Positions 21,009 through 31,142 of a stretch of 64,000 nucleotides of DNA are shown one piece after another. Every line of letters starts with the position of its first letter. The first letter of the stretch is position 1. Made by a program: the position numbers and the translations under genes. The notes below the pieces were generated by a model. That model was given only the letters and a program-made list of their open reading frames with translations, made no database searches and was not told where the DNA came from. Origin of the DNA: an uncultured Desulfosarcina sp. (GTDB taxonomy: Bacteria > Desulfobacterota > Desulfobacteria > Desulfobacterales > Desulfosarcinaceae); NCBI GenBank assembly GCA_963674945.2, contig CAXXWQ010000004.1, positions 1,600,001 to 1,664,000 of the forward strand. Direction: 5' to 3'.

Positions 21009-21356
21009 GATCCCATTTCTTGCCGTTGGTCACCGACCGGAGTGCTTTTGCTGGCTCCTGCCTGCGAAATAGCGCGAATTGGCCTTTGTCCTGCAAAGCT
21101 TGATGGTAATCGGATTATCAAAAAGTTGAATCAGACGATCATTTCGACGGTTGCACAAAAATGTCGTTCTTTGTTCTGTCCGGCCCCACTATATTTGAAA
21201 AGCATCATAATGCCAACCATTGTAATGAATTTTTACGTGATGGATAAAAGGATGGTTTCGCAATGGACAATGGCACCGATCCCGCTGATCTCAAAGGATA
21301 CACCATGCCTTGGGTTCCGCCGTTGCTGCTTGAGGATGAATACAACACCGGTAACG

Positions 21357-21395
21357 AAAAAAAGCTCGTCATGCACGATTGCATGACGAGCTTTT
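21357..21395 (-). terminator. Rho-independent terminator ending the Agl-Glt-like operon (possibly bidirectional)
   Basis: Perfect inverted repeat AAAAGCTCGTCATGCA-cgat-TGCATGACGAGCTTTT with a 7-A run giving poly-U on the minus strand, ~30 bp after the stop at 21426. Confidence 0.85.
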
Positions 21396-21425
21396 CATTT
21401 TGCTATGGATCGGGATTGAGTGAAC

Positions 21426-23750
21426 CTACTCCGGATTTGCCTGACCCGGATGGTAGGTCAACGTAATGGTAAAATAATAGGGCGCGTCGTAACCCCAGTC
21501 GTTATCCGGTTCATCGTTGGATTCCTCGGTCCCGGGAAGCAGCAGGTAATTGAAATCGCTCAGTCCGATATAGAACTTGGCATCCTGGCCCCATTCGCTT
21601 CCGATCCAGAAGGTATCGTCGCCCGTCGGTGTCGTCAGATCGATGGCCGCAACGGTCTGGGGACTGGTATCCCCAGCACAGGCCTTATACCCATCCGGTG
21701 AAGTGGGATTATCCATGATAATGGCGTTCTGGTTGCTGTCCCGATAGAGCTTCCACACATACTCCACCTGGCTTCCGGGAGTGGGCACCACCAGTCTCAT
21801 TTCCACATCGTAGTACCAACTGGTTTCGGCTCCGGCCGGATCGAGTTTGCCCAAATCGAGCTGGAAAAAATCCCGATCGCCCTGGTAATCCACATATCCG
21901 CAGATCCATGGAAAGGTGATTACCGTTGTACCGTCCCCCGGATCGCTCCATGTCGCATTCGGGCCACGGGCATCGAGCCATTCGGTATTGGCCTTGAATG
22001 TGGGTTGCAGATTCGAGAAGATCTCCAATTCGACATCCTGGGTTTCACCGGCTTCCTGTCCGGTCTCGCCATAGTAGAACAGATCCTGACCGGATGTCTG
22101 TGCGATCGCTACCGGAGCCCCCGCCACCTCCTGGCTGGACGCCGTAATTTCGTATGAAACGCTGGTTCCCTCGTCGTTTTGAGCATCACTCACCTTGAAA
22201 TGGTAGGTGGCGGGGGCCAGATCTGCGGGCACCAGAATCGATGTCTTCAAGTGCGTCTGCCCGTCGCTGCCATCCAAGTCCGACACCTTCTTGATCATCC
22301 GGTCGCCACGCCAGATACTCAACTGGTAGTCCACGATACTGGTGCCCGCAACCAACGAAACGGAAAGAATCCGCGGGGCCGCAGTATCGACCGCGATGGC
22401 GTACCAGTCCACATCGGACTGGTAACTGACCCACCCTTCGGTGGGAATGCCATCGGTCAAGTCTACGGCACTGTTGGTCGTGTTGTCGTCCGTTTCTTCA
22501 ATGGTATCGGTCAAGTCGGGTTCTTCCAATCGGACCCGATAATTCGTACCGAGATTCAATCGTTTCGGATTGGCAGGCGCCACGACCACAAAATATTCAC
22601 CGTTTTCGGTCCTGAACTGGTTCTGGTACAAAGGACTTCCCGGAACGAGATCATAGGAGGTCACCATGGTAAGCTCCGCGTCATACACGACGATGCGAAG
22701 GGGTGCGGTACCATCGACCGTATCGCCGCCGTCGATGGTCATCTGCACCTGATGGTAGGTGGTCGACCCTCCCACGGCCCCCAGCGTAAACCGATACCAG
22801 TCCAGATCACCGGCATGGTCGGGAGAAATGCTCGATGCGCCGTAGTCGATCGTACCTTCGGCCGTGTATTGGCCCGAAATATCTTCTGCCAACAATATGG
22901 CATCATCGACGATGTCATTGCCCTGGGCTTCGGTCACGGCCATCGATCTGACGGAGATGTCATAGGGCGCCCCTGCATCCCCATTCAGGCTGTCGCTGTC
23001 TTCGACAATTACGAAATAAGGGCCGCTGTCCGGCGTCAAGTAACCGCGCACCGTATGGTAGGGATCACAAAGGCGCTGAATCAGGTTACCGCTGTAATCG
23101 TACAGGCTCATGGCCAGTTGAACCGGCGTCCCACCAGCCGGCTTATGATGATCCACATTCACGACGAAAACACCAGAGCCGGCAACATCGAAGGTAAAAC
23201 AGTCCACTTCGCCGATCTCTTCGATGGCGTCGCTGATGGCCGAGGCATCCACGGTCAGGGACTGGGCGTTGGAAAAGTCATGGTTTCCGTCGGCGGCGTC
23301 CTCGAATGTGGCCCGAAGATAGTAGGGGATATCACTCGATGCGTCGTCATCCATCAGGTCCCGAACGGTAATGTACAGCTCCTTTGGAGAATCGATATAC
23401 ACCCAAAGGTCCAAATCGGCGCCCAAAGAGGCGCCATTGGGCTTATGCTTGCCGAACACGCGGCGGCGCTGGCCGTCGACCTCTTCGAAGACCGTGACCA
23501 AAAGATCCACACCGGAGCCGTACGTTTTCTCCTCACAGGAAATGTGCAAGAAACGGTTTGTCTCGGTTGCCCGCAAATAGTAGGTGTCCACCTCACCTTC
23601 CGTTGCGATAAATTGGGTCATGGTTTCCCCGATTTCCAAGGTTCGTACTGCCGGTTCGCCTTCCACCGAATCACTGGAGCCGCCGCATGCCGAGATGGCA
23701 AAGAGTAGAAGCAACCAAATGCATCGCTTTATGTTTTTCATCTTTTTCAC
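21426..23750 (-). CDS. Acidic lipoprotein with about five PPC (pre-peptidase C-terminal)-like beta-sandwich repeats
   Basis: Lipobox LFAISAC; recurring GEVDTY/GEVDCF/GDLDWY/SDVDWY/GDRDFF motifs. Confidence 0.7.
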   Translation of the reverse strand: MKKMKNIKRCIWLLLLFAISACGGSSDSVEGEPAVRTLEIGETMTQFIATEGEVDTYYLRATETNRFLHISCEEKTYGSGVDLLVTVFEEVDGQRRRVFGKHKPNGASLGADLDLWVYIDSPKELYITVRDLMDDDASSDIPYYLRATFEDAADGNHDFSNAQSLTVDASAISDAIEEIGEVDCFTFDVAGSGVFVVNVDHHKPAGGTPVQLAMSLYDYSGNLIQRLCDPYHTVRGYLTPDSGPYFVIVEDSDSLNGDAGAPYDISVRSMAVTEAQGNDIVDDAILLAEDISGQYTAEGTIDYGASSISPDHAGDLDWYRFTLGAVGGSTTYHQVQMTIDGGDTVDGTAPLRIVVYDAELTMVTSYDLVPGSPLYQNQFRTENGEYFVVVAPANPKRLNLGTNYRVRLEEPDLTDTIEETDDNTTNSAVDLTDGIPTEGWVSYQSDVDWYAIAVDTAAPRILSVSLVAGTSIVDYQLSIWRGDRMIKKVSDLDGSDGQTHLKTSILVPADLAPATYHFKVSDAQNDEGTSVSYEITASSQEVAGAPVAIAQTSGQDLFYYGETGQEAGETQDVELEIFSNLQPTFKANTEWLDARGPNATWSDPGDGTTVITFPWICGYVDYQGDRDFFQLDLGKLDPAGAETSWYYDVEMRLVVPTPGSQVEYVWKLYRDSNQNAIIMDNPTSPDGYKACAGDTSPQTVAAIDLTTPTGDDTFWIGSEWGQDAKFYIGLSDFNYLLLPGTEESNDEPDNDWGYDAPYYFTITLTYHPGQANPE

Positions 23751-23762
23751 CTTTTTATGTTT

Positions 23763-25451
23763 TTAGTCGATGAGTTCGAATTGTCCATAACCAAGCGTCT
23801 GCGTATAGGTGCTGTCCTCCAAGGTATTGATGATCACTTCCGCCATTCGAAAGACCGGTGGCGCATTGGGGCGGTCTTCCGGCACCTGCGCGATATAGAT
23901 GCGAATCACATTGTCTCCGGGGTCCAGTATGGAGTTTGAAAACAGCCCACCCGAATCCGCCCCGATGGTTTGCATCAGGCTGATATTGCCAATCTCGAGA
24001 CTGTATCTGCGAATTCCCTGGGGAAGATCAGGAAACTGGATGGGGTCGGGGTTGCCATGGTCGGTCAACCGATAACTATATGCATATCGATCCTGAATCT
24101 TGGGATCGTTGGTCAAAACGTTGGTATGTCTCTGCACTTCGAAAACGTCCAGGGTACCATCCAGATCGGTGTCCTCAGTGTAAAGGTTTTCAAAAGGATT
24201 GGTACCTGCGGCCATTTCGATACCGTCGGGAATGTAGTCCGCATCGAAATCGGCCACGAAGCGCCAGGTTCCCTTGATGGACTCTTCGCAGTCGGTCATT
24301 CCGTCATTATCCTGGTCCGGCCAAACCCCCGAAGGCGGTGCAGGACAACTGCTGTCTTCCACAAGCGGATCGGGCCACATGTTGCCATCGTCCATGAGCG
24401 TCTGGGTCTGGATCTCGAAATAATCACTCAATCCGTCGTCATCCGTGTCCCGAAGCTGCGGGTTTGTACCATGCAATGTGACCTCGTCGTCGTCGGACAG
24501 GCCGTCGCCGTCACTGTCCAGGTACAAGGTGTCGATGCCGGGACGAACATTGTAGTTATAGGCGACGATAAACTTGATCTTGTAGGCATTGGTCAAACGC
24601 ATGTCGGTAAAGTTAATAAAATCGATGGCATTGGCAGAAGCGAAATCCCGAAATGTGCCGTTTCCCGCCTGGGCCATGCCGAACAACGTGTTCTCGGCGT
24701 ACTGCCGTGCGTATTCATAGTCATCCCCCGGGATATACTCACCGGAGGCGTCCCGAAAGAGGGAAGAGAGAAAGAAGGTGTGGAAATTGAACTGGCCCAC
24801 ACCGCGCTCCGCCGTAACCTCGTTCAATGCTTCCACTTGTTCCCAGATGTCCTGGGGAATCTGGGAACCCGCATCCGTATTGGGCATTCCATCGCTGAAA
24901 AAGCAGACGATATACTTGGAGCGGGCCAGATCGTTCTCTCCGGACTCCTGATAGGAGATGTTCATGATATCGTTTTCCACCATCTCTCGAATATCGGTCA
25001 CGGCTCCCACATAGTCGGTATAGGATTCGTTGCGAACATTGTCCATGACCCGGTTCAACTCTTCCGTGGAACGGGTGAATCCTGCTTCACCGTAACCGTT
25101 CTGGGTCTGATCGATGACACTGCCGGCCCACAATATGATCCCGAAGGAGACATTGGGAAACTCATCGGTGTTGTACTGTTCCAGAAAACGTTGTACTGCC
25201 GCGATGCGCCTGCCGTAAGGCTCATCCGGTGGATTGAGTGGATCCGACTCAAGCATGCTCAAAGAACAATCGATGGCGAAAAGCACTTTGACAGGGAACT
25301 GAATGTTTTCCGGATTCTCGGTATGAAATTCTGCGACGATGGTTCCCGAGTCTCGGACGGTGGTTCGTTCGAGCGGAGGACTGTTGTCGCAGGAAACACC
25401 CCACACGATAAAAGTGAGAAAAAAGACGAACAATGAAATTTGCCTACGCAT
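23763..25451 (-). CDS. VWA-domain lipoprotein with C-terminal Ca2+-binding DxDxDG repeats (MtsD/CglB-like)
   Basis: Start reassigned to ATG 25451 (AAGGAG RBS; lipoprotein signal MRRQISLFVFFLTFIVWGVSC); MIDAS DCSLS...T...FFSDG; DSDGDGLSDDDE, DTDDDGLSDYFE, DQDNDGMTDCEE repeats. Confidence 0.8.
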   Translation of the reverse strand: MRRQISLFVFFLTFIVWGVSCDNSPPLERTTVRDSGTIVAEFHTENPENIQFPVKVLFAIDCSLSMLESDPLNPPDEPYGRRIAAVQRFLEQYNTDEFPNVSFGIILWAGSVIDQTQNGYGEAGFTRSTEELNRVMDNVRNESYTDYVGAVTDIREMVENDIMNISYQESGENDLARSKYIVCFFSDGMPNTDAGSQIPQDIWEQVEALNEVTAERGVGQFNFHTFFLSSLFRDASGEYIPGDDYEYARQYAENTLFGMAQAGNGTFRDFASANAIDFINFTDMRLTNAYKIKFIVAYNYNVRPGIDTLYLDSDGDGLSDDDEVTLHGTNPQLRDTDDDGLSDYFEIQTQTLMDDGNMWPDPLVEDSSCPAPPSGVWPDQDNDGMTDCEESIKGTWRFVADFDADYIPDGIEMAAGTNPFENLYTEDTDLDGTLDVFEVQRHTNVLTNDPKIQDRYAYSYRLTDHGNPDPIQFPDLPQGIRRYSLEIGNISLMQTIGADSGGLFSNSILDPGDNVIRIYIAQVPEDRPNAPPVFRMAEVIINTLEDSTYTQTLGYGQFELID

Positions 25452-26286
25452 CGCAAGAATCTCCTTTGCCGTCCTGGTCGGTGTCGGTCTGGTCGGGATT
25501 GGCCACATTTGGACAATTGTCACACGGGTCGCCGATGCCGTCGCCATCCAAATCGCCATTTTCGGAACTTTGCAGGTTGGGGCACCGATCCACGCCGGCA
25601 ATTCCGTCGTGGGCCTCGTCATAACCGTCGTTGTCATAGTCGTTGTCACACATATCACCCGAAATATCGCCGTTGAGATAATAGTCGCTATTCTCCTGAT
25701 TGGGATTCTCGTCGGTGATACAATTATCCAGAAGGTCCGGAATGCCGTCATTGTCATCGTCTGCGTCACAGACATTTCCCAGCCCGTCGTTATCGGGATC
25801 ATCTTCGTCAGGGAATAGAATCTGGTCTGCGTTCATGACGTCCGGGCAAGTATCCTCAGCATTGTCCACGCCGTCGCCGTCCCGGTCGGGGTCACAATCG
25901 TCTCCCAGTCCGTCGCCATCTGAATCGATGTTGTTTTCGGTGGCCAGTTGGGGACAATAATCACATGCGTTTCCGAAGGTATCACCATCGTCATTTTCGC
26001 TGGGATCGTTGGGTACGAAGATGCAGTTGTCGATTTCATCATTGTACCCATCGGCATCGATATCCTCTTGAACGGAAAAGAGCGGCCCCCAGGTATAGGA
26101 GACGATCAAAGGACCGCCCCCGGCGCCACCGCCGCCGACGCCTCCGGAAGGTGGTGCACCGCACTCGTTGTCCGGACATTCATCGAAAATATCATTCCAA
26201 TCCGGTGGATCCGCTGAAAACGTTTCGACACCGCAAACCAAAAGGCCAGCAATCATTATCGCAATATAAGCCAATCGTGTTTTCAT
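25444..26286 (-). CDS. Secreted thrombospondin type-3 repeat protein (MtsC-like)
   Basis: Signal peptide; ECGAPPSGGVGGGGAGGG segment; many D-x-D-x-DG-x-x-(D/N)-x-CD-x-CP units. Confidence 0.85.
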   Translation of the reverse strand: MKTRLAYIAIMIAGLLVCGVETFSADPPDWNDIFDECPDNECGAPPSGGVGGGGAGGGPLIVSYTWGPLFSVQEDIDADGYNDEIDNCIFVPNDPSENDDGDTFGNACDYCPQLATENNIDSDGDGLGDDCDPDRDGDGVDNAEDTCPDVMNADQILFPDEDDPDNDGLGNVCDADDDNDGIPDLLDNCITDENPNQENSDYYLNGDISGDMCDNDYDNDGYDEAHDGIAGVDRCPNLQSSENGDLDGDGIGDPCDNCPNVANPDQTDTDQDGKGDSCDA

Positions 26287-26305
26287 GGAGTCTCCTTCTT
26301 TTTCG

Positions 26306-27715
26306 TCATGGGGTCTGCCGGATCACAATGATTTCATTGTCTTCGTCAGCGTAGGTGCAAATGTGCGGTACCCCCAGTTCATTGAACCACAGCGTGTTGA
26401 ACCTGCCGGCACCGCCATACTCCTTGGCGCTCTCATGATTCCATTGCAACCCGTTAAATTCCGCATATTTTAAAAAGTGGTGAATCCGCCCCGAATGGGA
26501 CTGCTCGTCGAAATAGGCGATCGCCGGTTGACCTTCGGCGGTAAACGCCAACGAACAATGGGATCCGCACCACGTGGTTTCATCGACGACTTGATAGGTC
26601 CACTGCCCTCCCCGATTGGTCGCAAAGCGAAGATGGTGGCCGTTGTCCGGCTCGGGGTCCGGCAACCTCACGGCATAGGCAATGGCCAACGGTCGTTCGG
26701 CTTCAGGATTCTCCGGATCTTCGGGATAGAATGCGGCGCTGATACCGCCGATTTCCCAGCCATCGGGAAGGGCGTCCACAACTTCTCTGTGCCACTGTCC
26801 TGCCTCATCCTTATAAGCCATTTTAAGGGCGTAGGTGCCCATGAAATTCTCACCTCGTTCTCCATATACAAGGATGGGCAGATCCTGTTCGTCTAAGATC
26901 AACTGGCAATAGTCACCGACCGTATTGTGGATGCCATAAGTGCTGAAGGCATTTCCATCCACAAATTCTTCGATTTCGGCAAATTCTTCGATATTGTCTA
27001 TGGGTTGGGTCAGACGCGTGCGGTCCCAATAGGCATAGTAAAGATCGGGATACCGGAAATTTGCCGAATCCATGCCTTCGGTGAAGTACTGGTAGCAAAA
27101 ATGTATATTGCCCGAACGATCCACTTTAACGGACATGTTTTCGGTTATGTGGCCGTCCTGGTACACTGGGTTTCGTTCCACGAACCCGACGGCACCGGTG
27201 GATTCCTGCCAGGTTCCACCCACCAGCACATTCACCATTACATCGGCCTCCACCTGCTGAAGATAGTCGTTCACTTCGTAGGTGGGATAGATAAAAATCG
27301 CAGCGCCGTCTTCGTCCAATGCCATGTCGAATTGATCGCAGCGATCGAATCCGGGGACACCGGAAGGTGCCGGTCGATTATCGACCACATTCGCGACCCG
27401 ACTGTCGGTACTCGAATTCCAAACCAGGTGATGAAGCTGGTGATAGGAGACCTCCGTCGATTCCTGCACTGCGTCGTACCAGGCAAAATGGACATTGCCG
27501 GCATCCCCTGGCCTTGCCACGACATAGGGAACCGTAGTCCCGTTTTCCGACACCGTTTCGATGTGGATCGTCTGCCAATTGCTAGGGCGGCCTTCACTGT
27601 CGTACGGTTCCACCGGCGCATCGGGTCCCCCGCCACAAGCAGTGAGCGACAGCGCCATTGCAAACAGCGCGATGATAATGGAAAATGATTTATTGACTGG
27701 CCATGGCAAGTTCAT
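26306..27715 (-). CDS. Lipoprotein, probable beta-propeller
   Basis: Lipobox LSLTAC; repeated beta-rich units such as GQWHREVVD, GQWTYQVVD and LQWNHES. Confidence 0.65.
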   Translation of the reverse strand: MNLPWPVNKSFSIIIALFAMALSLTACGGGPDAPVEPYDSEGRPSNWQTIHIETVSENGTTVPYVVARPGDAGNVHFAWYDAVQESTEVSYHQLHHLVWNSSTDSRVANVVDNRPAPSGVPGFDRCDQFDMALDEDGAAIFIYPTYEVNDYLQQVEADVMVNVLVGGTWQESTGAVGFVERNPVYQDGHITENMSVKVDRSGNIHFCYQYFTEGMDSANFRYPDLYYAYWDRTRLTQPIDNIEEFAEIEEFVDGNAFSTYGIHNTVGDYCQLILDEQDLPILVYGERGENFMGTYALKMAYKDEAGQWHREVVDALPDGWEIGGISAAFYPEDPENPEAERPLAIAYAVRLPDPEPDNGHHLRFATNRGGQWTYQVVDETTWCGSHCSLAFTAEGQPAIAYFDEQSHSGRIHHFLKYAEFNGLQWNHESAKEYGGAGRFNTLWFNELGVPHICTYADEDNEIIVIRQTP

Positions 27716-30700
27716 TGTAAACGGCTCCTAATCGTGGATGAACACTGCCCTTCTCCGCATTGGTGGGCGAGATATTCTTGAGAAGGTCGGCGGCCTTTTC
27801 CAAATGTCCGTAATGTCTATAGATCCCTGCAAGGTTCATTCGCGCGGAGGCCAGCCGCTCATCGGCTTCCAGCGCACGTTTGAAGGTCTCCTTGGCAAGC
27901 TGATCCTTTCCGCAATACAGATGCGATAGCCCTACGAGATTCAGCAATTTGGCCTTTGTCTGCTTTTGTCCCCGATCCAGCTTGGGAAGTGCATTTCTCG
28001 CCACGAGACCGGCCTGCTGATAATCCCCCTTTTCCATGTAAATGCTGGCAAGTTGAAGCTGAAGACTTTCATCATCGGGCGTTTCAAGGAGTTTTTCGTA
28101 AAGTGCAAGAATGATCTGCTGCTCCATTCCATGAACACCAATTTCGGTGCTGGCTTGGCCACCGCCGATGCTTGCAAGAACGCCATCGCCTCCCTGCGGG
28201 TTGTCGGCGGGATAGAAGTAGCCACTCAGCGTTGGGTCACAGATTTCCCACTTGCGCGCCAATTCGACGCAGGTCTTTACATACTGGTGGGCCTTGGTCC
28301 TGTAGTCCTGTGCCTTTTGCCGGATCAAGTCTTTGTATTGGGCCTGCTGTTCTGGAGTAAGGTCCTTTGGAATGGGAGAGTTCTGTAGAAAATCAGCGAA
28401 CTCGGCATTTAACTCATTGGCGCGAAAACAGGCACGAAGTGCCCATGCCGGCGACTTGAAGGTCATCACATGCTGGTAATCCTCCTCCAGCTTTTTAAGC
28501 AGGGCCGCTTTTTGCTGAACGATTTTATTGTCGATCTGGTTCGTAAGGCGCAATTTGAAATAGGGTCCACTACTGCCTTTCACCTTTTGATAGGCCATCT
28601 CGGCCATCAGGTCACGTAAAATGGGATCTTCTTCACCCAATTGACTACGGTACGATTTTTCTGCTCTGCGACGATATTTATCGGCCTGTGAACGCCGGTC
28701 TGCCTGCATGTTGAGTACGGCAAGCTGTGCATCGGCGCGGACCTTTGCACCGGGAGAGAGCCGGTTTCGGTGTGAACCGAGAATTTGAATGGCCGATGCG
28801 GATTGGTCAAGCTCTTTCATGTTGTCGACCATGGCAAAAACAATTTCATCCGGAGAAACCGCGGATTGTTTGGGAAATGTCAGCAGGAGGCGGTAATTCT
28901 GATTGGCCTTGACGTACTGACCAAGCCCCTCACGAATCCGGGCGGCCTGAAGAAGAAAATTTGCACAATTCTTGTCCTTCGGGTATCGGCGGCATAAGGT
29001 TTCCAGGTGATCGGCCAGTGTGCGCAGCTGGCCGATGGAAATGGAAGTATTAATCAAGATTCCCAAGGTATCTTTCGCATTGGATGAATTCGGGTAGAGG
29101 TCGATCAGCTTGGTTCCGGCATCGAACAAAGTGGCCAAATCCTTTTTATCCTTGCTGGAAAGGATCAACGCATTTAAAGCCTGCTCTCCCATCTGCGTCT
29201 TCTCACTTTGGCCTGCCACCTGAATCAACTCACGCCTGGTCGTCTCCCAATCATCGTTGGCGGCCATAGTGATGCTGGAAACAACTCTTTCACCAGCACC
29301 TTGGACCATCTGGGCCACCTCCCCCTTAAGTTTGGCATCGTGTATGCCGGCATTGGCCAGGATCGTGTTGCCATACTGGATCATGCCATCATAATTTTCC
29401 ATCAGGTGATATGCGTCCATGACCAGATGAACGGCGGCCGGTGTTGCCTTGTGTGAGGGATAACGGTCAACGAATTCAGCCAGATCCTTTATGGCCAGTT
29501 CGAAATCACCGGCATCGTGGGAGACCCAAGCCACGTTGAACTGTACATCGGCTGCATAGCGGGAATCAGGATATTCACTGACGAAGGTTTTGCCTACACT
29601 TCTAAGACCATCGCGGGCGTATGCTGCCTGGTAATAATTTAGTTTGTCCTTATTTTTCAATGCGGTATAGTATGAGATGACAGAGCTGTAGAGGGTGTCT
29701 TTTCGCAGCTTGGCGTTCATCGTCGTAGCCGGTGTCACCTTCTCATATTGCTTGCCGGCTTCTAAGTACCGGCCTGCTGAAAAAAGGGCCTCGGCATAAT
29801 TGAGAGCCATCTCTTCGACAAAATCGGATTCCGTGAAAAAGTCTATGTATTGTGCATATGCATCTGCCGCGATTTCAAAATCCCGACGGGAATTGGTCTT
29901 GTTCGCCTTGGCATGCAAATGGGTAATGATATCCCGTGCGAAAATTTCGTAATCGTTGATCAGCTTGTTCTTTTCTTCCGTTCCCATGCGAACCGAGTAA
30001 ACCTGAGATGAAAGGGCCCTAACGATTATTCCCACATCCTTTTCTGCGTGCTGATAGGTCCCCATTGCCTGAACACTTTCGAAAATATACTTTGCATATT
30101 CGAGAAGTTTCTCCGGATCCTGTCGAACGAGAGCAAGCTCACGATATATGGGTGCGGCAAGCGACCATTTTTTCTTTACGTAGTAACGATATGCCAGTTT
30201 TTCCAATACCGTGGTATAGACCGGTCGGGACCAGGCATATTTTGAAAAGTAGGCCAACGCCTGTTCAGCCGTCGCCTTTTTGAATACTTCAGGATAGCAA
30301 AAGGCCAAATCGACAATCGATTCCAAACGGACGTCCACGCGGCGGTATGTATCGATATCGAGTTCCTTGGCTGCTTGAGGACTGGTAATGGAATCCTCGA
30401 AAAGCTTCATCGCGCCTTTAAAATCCTTTTGGTTGATTCGGCACCAGGCCAGTTTATATCGTGCCGCCGCAACTGCGGGACTCGATGGATATTTCAGCAC
30501 CGCCTCGTAGTGCCGGGTACTTGTATCGACATCCTGCTTTTGATTGAAGAAGTAATCTCCCAAGAGCAATTGGGACTCGGGTGCGTAGACGCTGTCCGGA
30601 AACTTTTTTAGAATAATGCGGTATTGCGCAATCATTTCATCTGTGCGGCCCAACTCATGAAACTCATGGGCCATAAAGAAGTAAACCTTGTCCAGGTATT

Positions 30701-31142
30701 GAAAGTCCGGATACTGGTTGATGATTCGCTGATAGATCTCAACGGCCTGGGTCTTCAGTGTATTTGCCTCGTACTGATCCAAAGCGCGCTCTTCGCCATG
30801 GTCATATTGACTTTTTCGTAAGAAATAGACCAACCGGGATTTCTCGATGTAAAGCTCTGCCAGACGCAAGTACAATTCCGGCAGGTAGGGACGATTTTTC
30901 GATCGGCTGATTAAGGTCTTTGTGTTATCGATGGCCAGATCGCATTTTCGTTTATCCTGTTCGAGCTTTACAATATACTGTTTTTTTTCCGCATCTGCGT
31001 CTTTTTCTTCGTACACATATTGCTCGGATTCTTTCGAATCGGTTTTCTCTCCCGAGAAAAAGAATGCCGATACAATTTGCGGCGTCACGAGCAATAATGT
31101 GACCAAAAGAAATAGCAGTTTGATTTTTTGATACGGTTTCAT
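27690..31142 (-). CDS. Large periplasmic TPR protein, GltD (AgmU)-like with GltE-like C-terminal TPR extension
   Basis: Signal peptide from ATG 31142 (ATGA overlap with upstream stop); ELYLRLAELY, LLGDYFF, YKLAWCRIN TPRs; late SPAWALRA...KAHQYVKTCVELA motif. Confidence 0.75.
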   Translation of the reverse strand: MKPYQKIKLLFLLVTLLLVTPQIVSAFFFSGEKTDSKESEQYVYEEKDADAEKKQYIVKLEQDKRKCDLAIDNTKTLISRSKNRPYLPELYLRLAELYIEKSRLVYFLRKSQYDHGEERALDQYEANTLKTQAVEIYQRIINQYPDFQYLDKVYFFMAHEFHELGRTDEMIAQYRIILKKFPDSVYAPESQLLLGDYFFNQKQDVDTSTRHYEAVLKYPSSPAVAAARYKLAWCRINQKDFKGAMKLFEDSITSPQAAKELDIDTYRRVDVRLESIVDLAFCYPEVFKKATAEQALAYFSKYAWSRPVYTTVLEKLAYRYYVKKKWSLAAPIYRELALVRQDPEKLLEYAKYIFESVQAMGTYQHAEKDVGIIVRALSSQVYSVRMGTEEKNKLINDYEIFARDIITHLHAKANKTNSRRDFEIAADAYAQYIDFFTESDFVEEMALNYAEALFSAGRYLEAGKQYEKVTPATTMNAKLRKDTLYSSVISYYTALKNKDKLNYYQAAYARDGLRSVGKTFVSEYPDSRYAADVQFNVAWVSHDAGDFELAIKDLAEFVDRYPSHKATPAAVHLVMDAYHLMENYDGMIQYGNTILANAGIHDAKLKGEVAQMVQGAGERVVSSITMAANDDWETTRRELIQVAGQSEKTQMGEQALNALILSSKDKKDLATLFDAGTKLIDLYPNSSNAKDTLGILINTSISIGQLRTLADHLETLCRRYPKDKNCANFLLQAARIREGLGQYVKANQNYRLLLTFPKQSAVSPDEIVFAMVDNMKELDQSASAIQILGSHRNRLSPGAKVRADAQLAVLNMQADRRSQADKYRRRAEKSYRSQLGEEDPILRDLMAEMAYQKVKGSSGPYFKLRLTNQIDNKIVQQKAALLKKLEEDYQHVMTFKSPAWALRACFRANELNAEFADFLQNSPIPKDLTPEQQAQYKDLIRQKAQDYRTKAHQYVKTCVELARKWEICDPTLSGYFYPADNPQGGDGVLASIGGGQASTEIGVHGMEQQIILALYEKLLETPDDESLQLQLASIYMEKGDYQQAGLVARNALPKLDRGQKQTKAKLLNLVGLSHLYCGKDQLAKETFKRALEADERLASARMNLAGIYRHYGHLEKAADLLKNISPTNAEKGSVHPRLGAVYNELAMASQ

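Noticed and set aside
21201..21216. Sigma54-like motif TTGGCATTATGATGCT upstream of the glycan cluster
   Set aside because: GG-GC spacing is 9 nt, not the required 10.
22179..25436. Long plus-strand ORFs (509 aa and 488 aa)
   Set aside because: Antisense shadows of well-supported minus-strand lipoprotein genes, with no recognisable motifs.
25452..25802. 117-aa N-terminal extension of the VWA ORF given in the ORF track
   Set aside because: Overlaps the TSP3 gene in another frame; the RBS and lipoprotein signal point to ATG 25451.
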